A stretch of DNA of 64,000 nt from Paramoeba atlantica (Eukaryota > Protista > Discosea): positions 372,001-436,000 of the forward strand of contig CDRNVI010000063.1 in NCBI GenBank assembly GCA_977017575.1, written 5' to 3'. Made by a program: the position numbers and the translations under genes. Position 1 is the first letter of the stretch. Every line of letters begins with the position of its first letter. Shown here one piece after another: positions 1-11,709 of the stretch. A model generated the notes under the pieces. That model saw nothing but the letters and a program-made list of their open reading frames with translations. It had not been told where the DNA came from and searched no databases.

Positions 1-2403
1 AGATCGGCTACTTCAGCTAGGATGGGATGTATTAAGCTACAAAAGTAGAGAGATGAGAGCGCTGAACCTTGTCGTACCCCAGATGTGCTTTTGATTGTTG
101 AATAGAGTGTGTTGTCAGCAAAGAAAAGAAGATCAGATGGCTCGGAGTACTCTAGGAAAAAGAGGCGCATAAATGGTCTGAAAACATCATGCTTTTGAAG
201 AGTTTATGCAATGGCGATTCTGTTTGGTGTGTTGAATGCGTTGGTGTAATCGACTGTGACGATCTTGTGGTCTGCCTCGTATTCTTCTATCAGTTCATGC
301 ACAATTTGCTCACACGCATTCTTTTGTAGTATGCCTCGTTGGAAGGGTTGAAAGTGCTTTTTAAGCGCGTCTTCATGTCGTTGCAAAAGAATGATGCCAC
401 ACACTTTAAGGATGGTCTCTCCTATAGCGACCGCAGCAGTTTATTTATTTGTTTGGGCAAAGCTACTAATCTGCATCTTGTGAGTCGATCACGCACCGAG
501 TTTGGAATGTCGCCATTGATCACCTCGCGAAACATGTGGCATAAGCAAATGCTGGATTCTTCATCGTCGGCGAGAAGTCGCAACACCGATTCGCTGAAAC
601 CTGTAGGTCCGGGGGAAGCACCCTTTGCCAATTTGCTGGCTGCTAAGAGGAGTTCGTCTCGTTCAACAATTCCAATGCGCGGAAAGTCAACACTTATCGG
701 CATTTGAGGCGTTTTCCCGGAAGGATGGAGACTTATTAGAAGAGAAACTTTTTCTTCGATAGTCAGGGGTGATTGTTTGTAGACGTTATCGAGAATACGC
801 GTTGCTTTGCCTAGGTCTCCTGCTTTGGCCGTTCGTAAAGCATTGCGGATCGCTCGGCGGTCAGTTTCTAACTCTTCTTGTTCTTCTTGGCTGAGCTTGT
901 CGACGTTGTATTCATATTTACTTTTACTTTTCGGCGCGTGAGTCGTGGCTCGTGTTCGCATTAGCATTTTCCCCACAGTGGTCAAAGCATCTCTCGGAGC
1001 ATTTAGGAACCTGTGCCATAGGGTTTCTTTTTCGGACAGAAGTTGTAAACGAGGATATTCGCGAATTGTCTCTCTGAAAATTGAAACCACATGTACAGCA
1101 AAGGACGGTTCTATTTGAGCTAGCGGTGGAAGTGGTTCCATGTCTCTGTGCGTGTCGGATTCCTTCGTCGTCTCTGACATGCTCTCCGGAAAATTTAGCG
1201 TGTTTACTCCTTTGCTTGGTATTCGATTTATCTTCGTAGCACAGATTTGAAAGACTCGCACTTTGTCAGACTGTGGAAGAAAGAGGTTTCCTTGGGGTCC
1301 GGTTTGTCCTTCAGCAGGGGAGTACGCAATCTTTATACGAACCTGACCTTTCCTTGAGACGCGGGACACTACTTCGCCGACAGAATGAAAAATTTCTTCT
1401 CCGTAGCGGAAGTTCCAAAGGATCTCGCATTGAGTACCGCGGCCCCATTCTGATACAATGTCTTGAACTTGGTCTGGCGCTTTCAAAATTCGTGTGCGTG
1501 CCAGCTCACTCTAATAGTCCACGTTTTGAAATTTAGCCGAGGGGCTGTTATGTATTTGCCTGCTGGCCCTTCGGGGCACATAGTTTCTTCGAATTATGTT
1601 TTGTATTCAGAATTTTACATGGGATGGGTATTTACTATTATCTTATATATCCTTGTTAGGTTGTTATTTTACTTCGCTTTAAGTTTTTGTGCCCACCCAC
1701 CAAGCCCCCAGCCATTTGGCCGAGGGTTCCGGTGGGGGGGAATCCCGTTAACAACGTGACACATGATTATTGGTTTTATGCAGGCTTTCTTTTGAACTAT
1801 GTTTGTGCATGTGAATTCTATCTATATATCGTATTATGTGTTCTTTGATTTTGGGACGATTTGGAAGTGTGATTATATTAGTCATAGGTATTTACTTATA
1901 TTTGTTTGTTACTTATAAGTTTCATAGAGCCCCCTCGGCGTGGATTTCATACACAGATCGTCGGATGACATTGTTTCAGATGAGGTACTTAGGCCATCGG
2001 TGTCCGCTGACATGTCGTCTTCATTTTGCGGCGCATTTTCAGTTATTTGGGGAGACTTCGATGGCATATCTGAGCTTGTTTGATCCGAAGGTCGTGAGTC
2101 TCCGATGATAACTTTGATTTTCCGTGGTTTGCTTTGTCGTGATTCTTGTCGTGTGATGCATTCTCGCGGTTCGATGTTCATTTCGTCTGAATTTGTGGAG
2201 TTGTCGTGAATGTCGCTGCTTTTGTCCATAATCTCGTTTAGACCTTTGCCCTTTAGACTACCTACTTTTCCTTTCCATTTCTTCGACACTTGAGGTAGAA
2301 TTGGTGTAGGGTAGTGTATTTCGTTCCAGTCGCTCTGTGGGTCGATATTGGATTCGTTGGTCGAGTGCTGCTTTGCAAGTTTGGAGCGCGTTAGCACAAC
2401 CAT
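1..2403 (-). pseudogene. F2 CRE-clade non-LTR retrotransposon, N-terminus to RT domain, fragmented
   Basis: ORFs 1909-2403 (MVVLTRSK), 422-1486 (KGASPGPTGFSE, RCRLVALPK) and 204-404 (VDYTNAFNTP) are homologous to ORF 26361-29102; interrupted by an insert at ~1515-1910. Confidence 0.85.
1560..1910 (+). repeat. YR-element A|B repeat junction remnant
   Basis: GGCCCTTCGGGGCACAT and CCCACCCACC motifs as in A repeats at 41241 and 60245; part is duplicated at ~53300-53417; termini not found. Confidence 0.5.
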
Positions 2404-2421
2404 AAAGTTTTTGTAAAGTTT

Positions 2422-2883
2422 TAAAAGTTTACGAAAAGAATTGTACAATGGAAATTTTGATTTCTGAGAATTATATTTACGTTAGTTGGCCGACGGGCAT
2501 TGTACGTTTGTTATTCATAAACTAGTTTATATAGTGACACAAAACATTATACAGTGAACTGGTAATAGAGCGCGTTTTTATCCTTTGAAACTTTTTGCCC
2601 CACCCACCAACCCCCAAACCACTCCCCGCGTGGACACCCGTTCGAGAAAGGGAGGGAAGGGAGTTCTCTCCAGGAAAAAGTTCATGAGGTATATAAAATA
2701 GATTTGATACTTACTTCGCGAAGTTGATATTACAGTACTGGTGAAGATAATGTCTTTTACTCTGTTGTCCATGATGGATGTTATATTTCGGTAGCTCTGT
2801 AGTTCTACAGATTAAACATTACAGTTTACATACGCTTACTATATCTGATTGACTATATGTTTTTCTTCCGGAAGTGCAATTCA
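2422..2883 (+). mobile_element. Solo A-B unit of the YR retrotransposon family
   Basis: Starts TAAAAGTTTACGAAAAGAATTG (A start), contains CCCACCCACC...TCCCCGCGTG (A|B junction) and ends GCAATTC (B end). Confidence 0.75.
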
Positions 2884-4461
2884 ACGAAAAAAAAAACAAC
2901 AAGCAACAAGGTACAGAAGATGACGCAACTAAGATTTTAGGAGTCTTCATAGTGGATACTGACAACGTAGACAAATGCCTAGTTCATACACTCGAAAGGC
3001 ATGACAATATTTTTCGTCGTCTAAAAACAATGGGAATGTCCAATGTTTCGCTCAGCTTACTAACAAAATGCGTCAACGTGCGACAGCAATATCAAATGAG
3101 AGTACATCACCCTGACGCCACCGAGCGCGTATCTGAGAGATTTGATAAGAACGTTGAGGCAGTGTTGGAATCGTGGTTGGGCAAGCTTCGGACACAACAA
3201 GTTGAGCTTGCTAGATTACCCCTTAAGAAAGGTGGTTTGGGGCTCACCGCGTGCAAACCCACGCGGGAAGCTGCTTACAAATCGTCTCGATATGCGGTCT
3301 TTGGGCGCCGAAAGCCTTCTACAGCTCAAAGTGGCATATCAGGGCAAATGCAAGCCAGCAACGAGCAACAAATTCCACCGGAAGACGAGATCACGACAGC
3401 TGCAAAACTACACGAAAAAGCTTGGCAAAAACTAAATCAGGATCTTCACATGAATTCGATTCTTAAAAACACGTCCAGGAAAGGTAGTTACGACTGGATT
3501 ACACCTGCGACACGATACGTATCACCACATGTCTTCTCTTTATCCGTAATGCCTCGGCTTGGAATATCACATCCGAAAATCCCACAGAATTTATTGTGTC
3601 CCGGGTGCCGGAAAATACTGGACGGACGAAGCGCCCTGATACATATCCCAGGCTGTGTGCAATGCCCAGGCTTTAACGCGACATCGAAACATAACGCCCT
3701 CGTAAAGTATATCTATGATCTATGCATCAAAACGGGGATCCCCTGTGAAAGAGAGCCACGACATTTCAGCACATGGACATGCCTCACATGCAAACGAACC
3801 GTTGACCAAGACAATCATCAATTGCACCATAAAACATGCAGTGGCAAAAATTATCACCGCTCAGGACCAGATATCTTCATATACTGGAATACGGGAGCTG
3901 TTTTCTACGACTTAACCGTGATTCACGAATTGGCAGCCACACACGCGAAGAGCCATCCAGGACAACTGATGAAAGAAGCGACTGAACGTAAAATAGAAAC
4001 GTATGTCCGATCAGGTATGATATCCGAAGAGTCGTTTCTTTGCCTACCGGTGCTCTCCTCTGGGTCACTCCACGCGAACACGCTAAACCTGATTCACGAA
4101 CTTGCAGATGCGTCGCTTACGGACAGGAACAATGCCATCTTATCATTTAAACTATTGCTACAAGAGCTAAATGGGTCACAAATTTATGCTGAACTGCGAA
4201 AGTTCTTAGCAGTAGATACGGAAGCGTCTCAAAAGGCAATTTAATACTATGAACATACGATGAGATATTTCTTATATCAATACTACACAGATTTAGATAT
4301 AGAGCTTACAAAGACGCGTAAACTCTTAGTTTTTTTACCTCCCCATCATAATGGGGGGTAGCGCCAGAACAGAAAACTTTTTAATCTAAGGTGTGAAGAT
4401 ATTTAAGGGAAAGTAACAGCAGAGGGGCGTATGTTTTCTTGGATGGCATGCAAAAAAAAAA
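2884..4461 (+). pseudogene. F2 element 3' part: RT thumb, CCHC zinc finger, RLE, 3' UTR and A-tail
   Basis: TKILGVFI, LPLKKGGLGL, CPGC..HIPGC..KHNAL, EREPR..SGPDI..DLTVIH; A-run 4452-4461. Confidence 0.88.
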
Positions 4462-5000
4462 TCATGCGCTCTCAGGCCCGCATGATGGTCTCCCGGATAG
4501 TCGTCAGTGACCCCCAAGCTCCCCTGGAAGAGGAGTAGGGCCCACAGGCATGGTCCTCTAGGGTAACAAGACGATTAGGGTGCTGGTCGCGTCGACAGAG
4601 TCTATACTCACGCCTAGCCCGCGAGGGCTAGGTACCCCAAGTGAGGTAGTACACGGGCAGTGAATCTCCTCCCCGTCGGCCAGCATCCTGTTTCGCGACC
4701 GTGTCGCTGTCGACACAGGCCCGCGCCTGCGCCCTCCCATATAGCAAGGGAAGGGTTCACAAGTCAGGCCGTGGAGTGGTCGAAAGACCCGGTCCGGAAC
4801 GCGCGAATGGATTGGATCTGGATTGCTTGTTTTTATTTTTACTGTGTCTTGTTTGTCGTATATACTTAGGGGAGATTGAATTGCTAGTTTTGGGCTGAGA
4901 AAAAAGAAAAAGAAAATATACTTCTGTGGAAATAAAAAGAATTGCTAATTTGATTGCTTGTTTTAAATTCATATACCCCCCCAATGGACCAAAAAAAAAA
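4462..5000 (+). mobile_element. F1 element 3' fragment (last ~25 codons, structured UTR, A-tail)
   Basis: MRSQARMMVSR* C-terminal motif, RNA module, T-rich tail, A10 at 4991-5000. Confidence 0.8.
4578..4810 (+). ncRNA. Conserved structured 3'-UTR RNA module, copy 1
   Basis: Near-identical to five other copies; helices GGGTGCTGGTCG/CGGCCAGCATCC, CCTAGCCC/GGGCTAGG, GGTC-GAAA-GACC. Confidence 0.75.
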
Positions 5001-6760
5001 GCAGTCCTCCATGCGTATGAATGGAACATATGCCCGCTTAGCTCCTCAGCTCGTTCACAAGTTCAACGCCCGAAACGGTATGGAGGTTTTGGTCTCCGAT
5101 CTGCATCTGCGCACCGCTCAGCGGCGTACGTGTCTTCAGTTGCTTTTGCTGCAGAGACGGATCGTTGGCTACCGTCAGATGCAGAAGGATTCTCTTCTGC
5201 AGTCCTGGACATCAATCGCCGGAGCGGAGGCCCCGTAGTTGATCCGGACACGGGAAGAGCATTAGAGGAGATCATCTCCCCTTTTCCGAAAGGATCTAGT
5301 CAAAGTACAGAAACGGACAATTCTTGCACCCCCCGTCAACGTGCCTTGAGCGACGCAATCTCGGCGCACGAATTTTCATGTGCGTACGCAGCGGCGGACA
5401 GTAGCACTCGCGCGAGGTGCACCTCTCAGACTGGAGATGGGGCCAGCAGCTGGGCATTTTGCATCCCATCAACAGAGCTTGGCCACGCTTACACACCCAC
5501 AGAATTCCGCGCCCTCTCCAGGTGGTGGTTAGGTGCCAAGGTCTACAACGAGTTGAGCACGTGCCCAATTAACACATGCCAACAACCTCTCGACCTCGAA
5601 GGAAACCATGCAGTGTCTTGCAAAAGTGGGAATGGACTGATCTCCCGCCACAATGCGCTCATTACACAATTCACCGACACGTGCTCCAAGGCGAATTTAT
5701 CACCTTCACGTGAGGTAAGCCTGGGGAACCTAGGGCCTGGCGTCTGTCCCACGAGGCCGGGCGATGTCTTTATTCCGGGCTATGAGAAAGCTCAAGGTCT
5801 GGTGCTTGATTTTGCTGTCACCCACGTTCAGCAACCTAAATACACGGACTTAGTCCGCAACGCTAACGGGGTGGCGGCAGGATCATTTGCGGAGCACTAC
5901 GCCGCTTCTCACAAGGTGAAAGAGAGAGAGGAGGCGGAACAAGCAAAACATGTATTTGTTGCCATGGTGGTAGAATCATATGGTGCTTGGAGTGCAAGTG
6001 CCCTATCAATCCTTAGATGGGTGGGGAAGCATCGCGCCTCATGCTCCCAGGGGGCTCTATCTCAAGAAGCAGCTACCCGTCAGCTGCTTCAAGAGCTTAA
6101 CCTCACCCTGATGCGTTCTCAATCGAGAATGCTTGTCTCACGCATGCCGGCTGAAGATCCACAACCGGCACTTATTTTGCAGTAGCCTAAACCAAGGCTC
6201 GCGGATCCCGGCATGTTCGAAGGCTGAGGGTGCTGGTCGCGTCGACAGAGTCTACTCACGCCTAGTCCGTCAGGGCTAGGTACCCCAAGTGAGGTAGTAC
6301 ACGGGTAGTGAATCTCCTCCCCGTCGGCCAGCATCCTGTTTCGCGACCGTGTCGCTGTCGGCACAGACCCTTTGCTTGCGCCCTCTCGTACAACAAGAGA
6401 AGGGTTCACAAGGCAAGCTGGGAGAGGTCGAAAGACCCGGTCCGGAACGCGCGAATGGTTAGGTGAAAGCCCCCCCTAGCAGAGGGAGATCTTACCCTCC
6501 CTGGAAAGTTGGAAAGATTGGTAAGGGCAAGTGGGTAAGATGGGAAAGCAGATTTGTTAGTTCTATATTTAAAAAAAAAAAGGGGGTAAGGACGGGGATG
6601 GATGAGAGGGTTAAGGGAAAGTGTGGAAAGTGGGGAGTAAGTACGGTGAAGTGGGGAGAGTAAGTACGGTGAAGTGTGAAAAGTGTGCGAAAGTGTTCGA
6701 AAAGTAGATAAAAACGTTAAACTCAATACTATTCCCCCCCCAAAAAAAAATACAAAAAAA
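5001..6760 (+). mobile_element. 5'-truncated F1 element (thumb, CCHC, RLE; stop at 6185) with UTR and A-tail
   Basis: PKRYGGFGLR, CPINTC..HAVSC..RHNAL, RPGDV..DFAVTH, VVESYG; ends CTCAATACTATTCCCCCCCC(A)n. Confidence 0.88.
6228..6458 (+). ncRNA. Structured RNA module, copy 2 (most divergent)
   Basis: Compensatory changes versus copy 1: CCC/GGG to CTC/GAG and GCCTG/CAGGC to GCTTG/CAAGC; flanks unrelated to other copies. Confidence 0.75.
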
Positions 6761-6838
6761 AACGATAAAGATACAGTTTTAACGATAAAGATACAGTTTC
6801 TGTACCTTGTTGTTTCTGTACCTTGTTGTACCTTGTTG
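6761..6838 (+). other. Spliced-leader-like sequence with nested relics
   Basis: Partial copy, then AACGATAAAGATACAGTTTCTGTACCTTGTTG (6781-6812), TTTCTGTACCTTGTTG (6813-6828), TACCTTGTTG (6829-6838); core ACAGTTTCTGTAC matches kinetoplastid/diplonemid SL exons. Confidence 0.85.
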
Positions 6839-9800
6839 ATTTATTTCCTAATCCTCTCCAAATGGTCGCGTTGACTCGCTCCGTAGCCATACGCTCGGGC
6901 CAACACATTGAAACTCCACCCTTACCTTTGTGCCACGGACATAAGAACCGCCCCCTGAAGGATTCCTTGCTTCCAAACCCCCACGACGCAAAAACTTCCC
7001 CGACGGATTCACCGGTAAAAATTTCTGATCTCCCTCGCGAAGATTCCACTAATCTTTGCAAACACATATGTAAAAACAAACTGGCATGCAAACACAGTTG
7101 TTGCAAGCGCACAGTGGAGGCGCCTATTGACAGTTCCCATCACATACATACAGTTTGCATACGTACTGGTGACGACCGTCTTCTTCATACTAAAGTACAC
7201 TAGCGTTATTGTAGGGAACGTCCTCGCCCTAGGATGCACGGTGACTTGGACAGTCGCATGCCTGGTCGGGAGCATTATATTGAAAACGCGTAGTCTGCTT
7301 TCACTTCGTTCCAAGGACGTTGCCGCACCAGGTCATGACCCCCCTGTGACGCTAAACCTCTGCACACGTAAACGAAATTGTGTCTCACCGCAACCTGCTC
7401 CCCCCACCTCGTTCTCTATTACCTTGAGCAATCCTCCTAGCTTTGAGTTATCGATTCCTGTATCCCCAACCGACGAGACTGACTCAACTCAGGAGACCGT
7501 ACTATGCGACCCTCACCGCGCTGTGACTCTAGCTGGTCCTGCAACGGAAGCTGTCGTGCCACCTCTTCATTCTGCGGGGGACCCGCCCCTCCCGGAACGT
7601 CGGTACTGTCCGGCAGACGGATGTGCGTGGTCCGCACAATCCCACGGCGGCAAATGGCAAGCTTTTTATAATCATGTGGCCTCCCGACACGCCGAAGGCA
7701 TACCGCTAGAGTGATGGGCACGTGAAGGCAGATTTCTTTGCACGGTGTGCAACAAACATTTTGTGTTGACCAAGAAGGAAGCCCATTCAATTCAATGCTA
7801 CGGGGCGGACCCACCTCCCACACAGCCATCACCAACAACAGATCTTCCTGACCCCGCGTACCCTTCAGAGACGCCAGAGGAATCTAGCTTACCGCCCACT
7901 ATAGACCCACCATGTTTCCCTAGCCTAAGAGCCGTCTGTACAACACCTATGACCACGTCCAAAGACGTTCCTTTCCGATGCCGACGCCAGTGGGCTTCGG
8001 TCCTAACAGCCACCGTCGCAACAGCCGAGAGGGAGAACACCGTCGCTGCATGGACACGACTAGCGATGCTTCCGAAATGTGTCCTTCCAGCCCCGCATAG
8101 AAGAGGACGAAAGGGAAATAGCTCGTACGCCTCCCACGTGCGGAAATGTCTGGATCGCTGGGAAGCACACGAATATTCAGCCCTGTGGAAAGAAGCTGTA
8201 CTTGAACACCAGAAGAAGAGGAAGCAAGGATCCGGAGCAGGTACACTACTGGATGAGGAAAAGAAAGCGATTCGCTCCGAACTACTGGTCCGTCAAGGAG
8301 AAGTTTCTCGAGGAATAGCTGCACTCACTTCGGCGCCAATGGCACCCGACAATGAGGAGACATATAACAAACTAGTCACCAAGCACCCGAGCCGGCTGTT
8401 CGGTCCACTACGCCAAAGCGCACCGTCCTCCAACGAAATCATTTCCTTGACTGTCAATGAGGATGATGTACGAAAGGCGATCCAAAGCTTTAACAGGGGC
8501 TCCTCAGGTGGAACCATGGCGCTACGAGCGGAACACATACAAGCGGCATTATTCGCTGGAACTGACACGGATGTTCATCCCCTCGAGAGTCTCACAAAGC
8601 TTGCCAATCACCTACTCGCCGGTAAGGCTCCAGTTGAAGCACAACAATATTACGCAGGGGCTCGATTGTGTGCATTGCAGAAAGGGCAAAATGATGTAAG
8701 ACCTATCGCAGCAGGGGAAACGTTGCGCCGCATGGTCAGCAAGGCTGCCTGCTCTGTTGTAAAGTCCAAAGCTAGCACACTTTTCCAAGGACGTCAATAT
8801 GGTGTGGCAACGGCATCTGGCTCCGAAAGGGTTATCCACCTCTGCCGCCAAGTGGTGGAGTCCACAAAGAATGACCCAGAATTTGTCTTATGCAAGGTGG
8901 ACCTTCGTAACGCATTCAATACGGTTTCCAGGGCGGCGTTCATATCCCTATCAGAAAAGCACTTCCCCGAGTTGACTCCTTGGATAAATTGGTGCTACGC
9001 CACCGATAGCGCACTCACATATGGTTCTCAAACAGTTGCCTCCACCGAAGGAGTTCAACAGGGGGACCCTTTAGGGCCCCTCCTTTTCTCCATGGTTCTG
9101 CGAGAGATTACTGAACTGATCGAGAATGAAGTGCCCAGCGGACTCCTCTTGCACCTTTGGTATCTCGATGACGGTGTTTTAGCCGGAAAATCCGACAGCG
9201 TACGGAGGGCGTTGGATGCTATAGCATGTGCGGGACCTCAGTGGGGGCTCCATCTTAATGCGAGTAAATGCGAGATAATATCTCATCCGGTATCCTCGCG
9301 TTGCACGGACTCATTCACTACCATCCCAGCCAGAATGAAAAATCACGAAGGAAACTTTAGCATCTTGGGTAGCCCAGTAGGGTCAGAAGAGTTCTGTATT
9401 GAATACCTACGTGAGTTTGCGATCGAACCTGCGGAAGCAACTCTAAAGGCGATAGGCATACTAGAAGACCCACAGGTAGCCCTCGCGCTAATTCGCTACT
9501 GCTCTGGCTTTTGCCAATTAGTCTACTCCCTCCGCACAACGCCACCAAAATACATGGTAGACCTCTGTCAGAGGCTTGATAACGCCGTGCTCCGCGCTAC
9601 GGAGCTTATACTCTGTCCTCTAGACGCCCCGGCACTAGCACAAATCCAACGCGACAAGAGACATGGTGGTTTTGGCCTAAGATCCTCCGTTATACATTCA
9701 TCTGCAGCTTATGTCTCTCCAGCAGCCTTTGCGGGTTCTCAAGATGACTGGGCACCGTCAGAGACGAAATGGTTTTCCGAGGCAGTGGAGCGTGTTAACC

Positions 9801-10903
9801 GCCAGGCGGGAAAGACTTTGGTGGATTCGACAACCGGCAAAATACAGGAGGCACTAATCCACAAAGATTATAACGCATCAACCAACCCTCTCAATGCACA
9901 CCATGATCACAGCCTAGATGCCGGGATGAATGAAAAGCTGATTATCCCGCGACAGAAACACCTTTGTCGCGAGATAGGCGACCGGGAATTTTCTTCAGCA
10001 TATGAGGCAGCAGACTGCAACACACGCGCACGTTTGATTTCGCAAACTGGGAGAGGGGCCGCGAGTTGGGCATTCGTTATTCCCTCCAAGGAGAGAGGAT
10101 ACTCTTACACTCCTACTGAGTTTCGCGCCTTGTCCCGCTGGTGGTTGGGAGCAGACATTTACCCCGGAACGCGGCCCTGTCCTATGGGGAGCTGTCAGCA
10201 ACCGTTGGGACCAAAAGGCGACCATGCCGTGTCCTGTAAGTGTGGACATGGCATCATGACGCGCCACAACGCGATGGCGTGTCAATTTGTCGATTTCTGC
10301 AGTAAGGCGCACCTCGCCCCCCAACGGGAGGTAAGTCTTGGCAATCGCGGTCCCGCTGGAGCGCCCACGAGGCCTGGTGATGTCGTTTTGCCCAGCATTG
10401 GCTTAGGCAAGTCTCTGGTGCTTGATTTCGCCGTTACCCACGTTCAGCAACCCAAATACGCGGACCTCGTCCGTAACGCTAACGGGGTGACGGCGGGATC
10501 ATTCGCCGAGAGCTATGCCACAAGCCATAAGCAGGTGCAGCGACGGGACGCCGAGACTGCTGGGCACGACTTCGCGGCCATGGTCGTAGGCTCCTATGGC
10601 TCGTGGTCCGACAGCGCCCTCGCTGTGCTTAAGAAGGTTGGAGCGTGGCGCTCTGCTACGTCCCAAGGGACGATGGACAGGGGAAAGGCGACGGCAAATC
10701 TCATCCGTGACTTGAATGTCACTTTAATGCGAGCTCAGGCTCGTATGATGGTGGCGCGGATGGCAGAAGATGACCCGGATCCACCTCTGCTCCTGAATTA
10801 GAGGGTGATGCACTTTTTTTTCTTTTTCTTTTCTTTGGCTTGGTTTCGTCAAATAGAGTGATTTGTTGTAGATTGATTTATAGAGATAAATTTGAAAAAA
10901 AAA
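6839..10903 (+). mobile_element. Full-length F1 CRE-clade retrotransposon
   Basis: SL-headed; N-terminal ORF pieces 6864-7203 and 7127-7714 (one frameshift, one in-frame TGA), long RT-RLE ORF, A-tail 10895-10903. Confidence 0.9.
7745..10801 (+). CDS. RT + CCHC + restriction-like endonuclease polyprotein (F1)
   Basis: VRPIAAGETLRR, KVDLRNAFN, QQGDPLGPLLF, WYLDDG, CPMGSC..HAVSC..RHNA, RPGDV..DFAVTH, VVGSYG; uninterrupted 1018 aa. Confidence 0.92.
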   Translation: MCNKHFVLTKKEAHSIQCYGADPPPTQPSPTTDLPDPAYPSETPEESSLPPTIDPPCFPSLRAVCTTPMTTSKDVPFRCRRQWASVLTATVATAERENTVAAWTRLAMLPKCVLPAPHRRGRKGNSSYASHVRKCLDRWEAHEYSALWKEAVLEHQKKRKQGSGAGTLLDEEKKAIRSELLVRQGEVSRGIAALTSAPMAPDNEETYNKLVTKHPSRLFGPLRQSAPSSNEIISLTVNEDDVRKAIQSFNRGSSGGTMALRAEHIQAALFAGTDTDVHPLESLTKLANHLLAGKAPVEAQQYYAGARLCALQKGQNDVRPIAAGETLRRMVSKAACSVVKSKASTLFQGRQYGVATASGSERVIHLCRQVVESTKNDPEFVLCKVDLRNAFNTVSRAAFISLSEKHFPELTPWINWCYATDSALTYGSQTVASTEGVQQGDPLGPLLFSMVLREITELIENEVPSGLLLHLWYLDDGVLAGKSDSVRRALDAIACAGPQWGLHLNASKCEIISHPVSSRCTDSFTTIPARMKNHEGNFSILGSPVGSEEFCIEYLREFAIEPAEATLKAIGILEDPQVALALIRYCSGFCQLVYSLRTTPPKYMVDLCQRLDNAVLRATELILCPLDAPALAQIQRDKRHGGFGLRSSVIHSSAAYVSPAAFAGSQDDWAPSETKWFSEAVERVNRQAGKTLVDSTTGKIQEALIHKDYNASTNPLNAHHDHSLDAGMNEKLIIPRQKHLCREIGDREFSSAYEAADCNTRARLISQTGRGAASWAFVIPSKERGYSYTPTEFRALSRWWLGADIYPGTRPCPMGSCQQPLGPKGDHAVSCKCGHGIMTRHNAMACQFVDFCSKAHLAPQREVSLGNRGPAGAPTRPGDVVLPSIGLGKSLVLDFAVTHVQQPKYADLVRNANGVTAGSFAESYATSHKQVQRRDAETAGHDFAAMVVGSYGSWSDSALAVLKKVGAWRSATSQGTMDRGKATANLIRDLNVTLMRAQARMMVARMAEDDPDPPLLLN

Positions 10904-10969
10904 TCGCGGGAAAAAGAGCCGCAGCATGTAAGGGTGATATGTCCGAGCAAGCGTCAATGTTTTTTCTTC

Positions 10970-11709
10970 TCCAGGACATGAACGTTACGCTCATGCGGTC
11001 TCAGGCACGAATGCTTGTAAGACGCATGGCAGACGTGGATATCCATGCCAGGCTCGCTTTCCTGCACGAGGCACCCTCTGACACCACACCAAATCGTGCC
11101 AGCGGCGGTCCGGCAGGAGCGATCGAGCCTACAGTGCCTATTCTCACGCCTCGCCTTCGTGAGTGAGGTACCCCAATGTGAGATAGGTAGGGATTCGGTC
11201 TGACAGTCCTATTTCAGCACGAAGACGCCATGGTATCCAGGACGGGTGCTGGTCGGGTCGACAGAGTCTATGCTCACGCCTAGCCCGCGAGGGCTAGGTA
11301 CCCCAAGTGAGGTAGTACACGGGTAGTGAATCTCCTCCCCGTTGGCCAGCATCTTGTTTCGCGACCGTGTCGCTGTCGACACAGGCCCGCGCCTGCGCCC
11401 TCCCATATAACAAGGGAAGGGTTCACAAGTCAGGCCGTGGAGAGGTCGAAAGACCCGGTCCGGAACGCGCGAATGGATTGGGAATGGATTGCTTGTTTTA
11501 ATTTTTACTGTTTTTCTTGTTTGTAGTATGTACTTAGGGGAGACTAAATTGCTAGTTTTGGGCTGAGAAAAAAGATACACCTGTGGAAAGAAAAAAGAAT
11601 TGCTAATTTGATTGCTTGTTTTCAACTCGTATACCCCCCAATGGACATACTTGGTTCGTCTACTGGGTCAAAATATAGAGGCAATGCCGCGATTCATAAA
11701 AAAAAAAAA
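10970..11709 (+). mobile_element. F1 3' fragment with structured UTR and A-tail
   Basis: DMNVTLMRSQARMLVRR C-terminus, RNA module, tail ending GGCAATGCCGCG..(A)n. Confidence 0.75.
11244..11476 (+). ncRNA. Structured RNA module, copy 3
   Basis: Near-identical to copy 1. Confidence 0.75.

Noticed and set aside
4770-4800. GGCCG..GGTCGAAAGACC..CGGTC as group II intron domain V or a hammerhead
   Set aside because: No AGC/CGC triad with AC bulge, no CUGANGA core and no intron boundaries
7712-7714. In-frame TGA at a conserved Trp, suggesting a UGA=Trp code
   Set aside because: Single case; other Trp codons are TGG and TGA ends other ORFs (35863, 45849, 47134), so a point mutation is more likely
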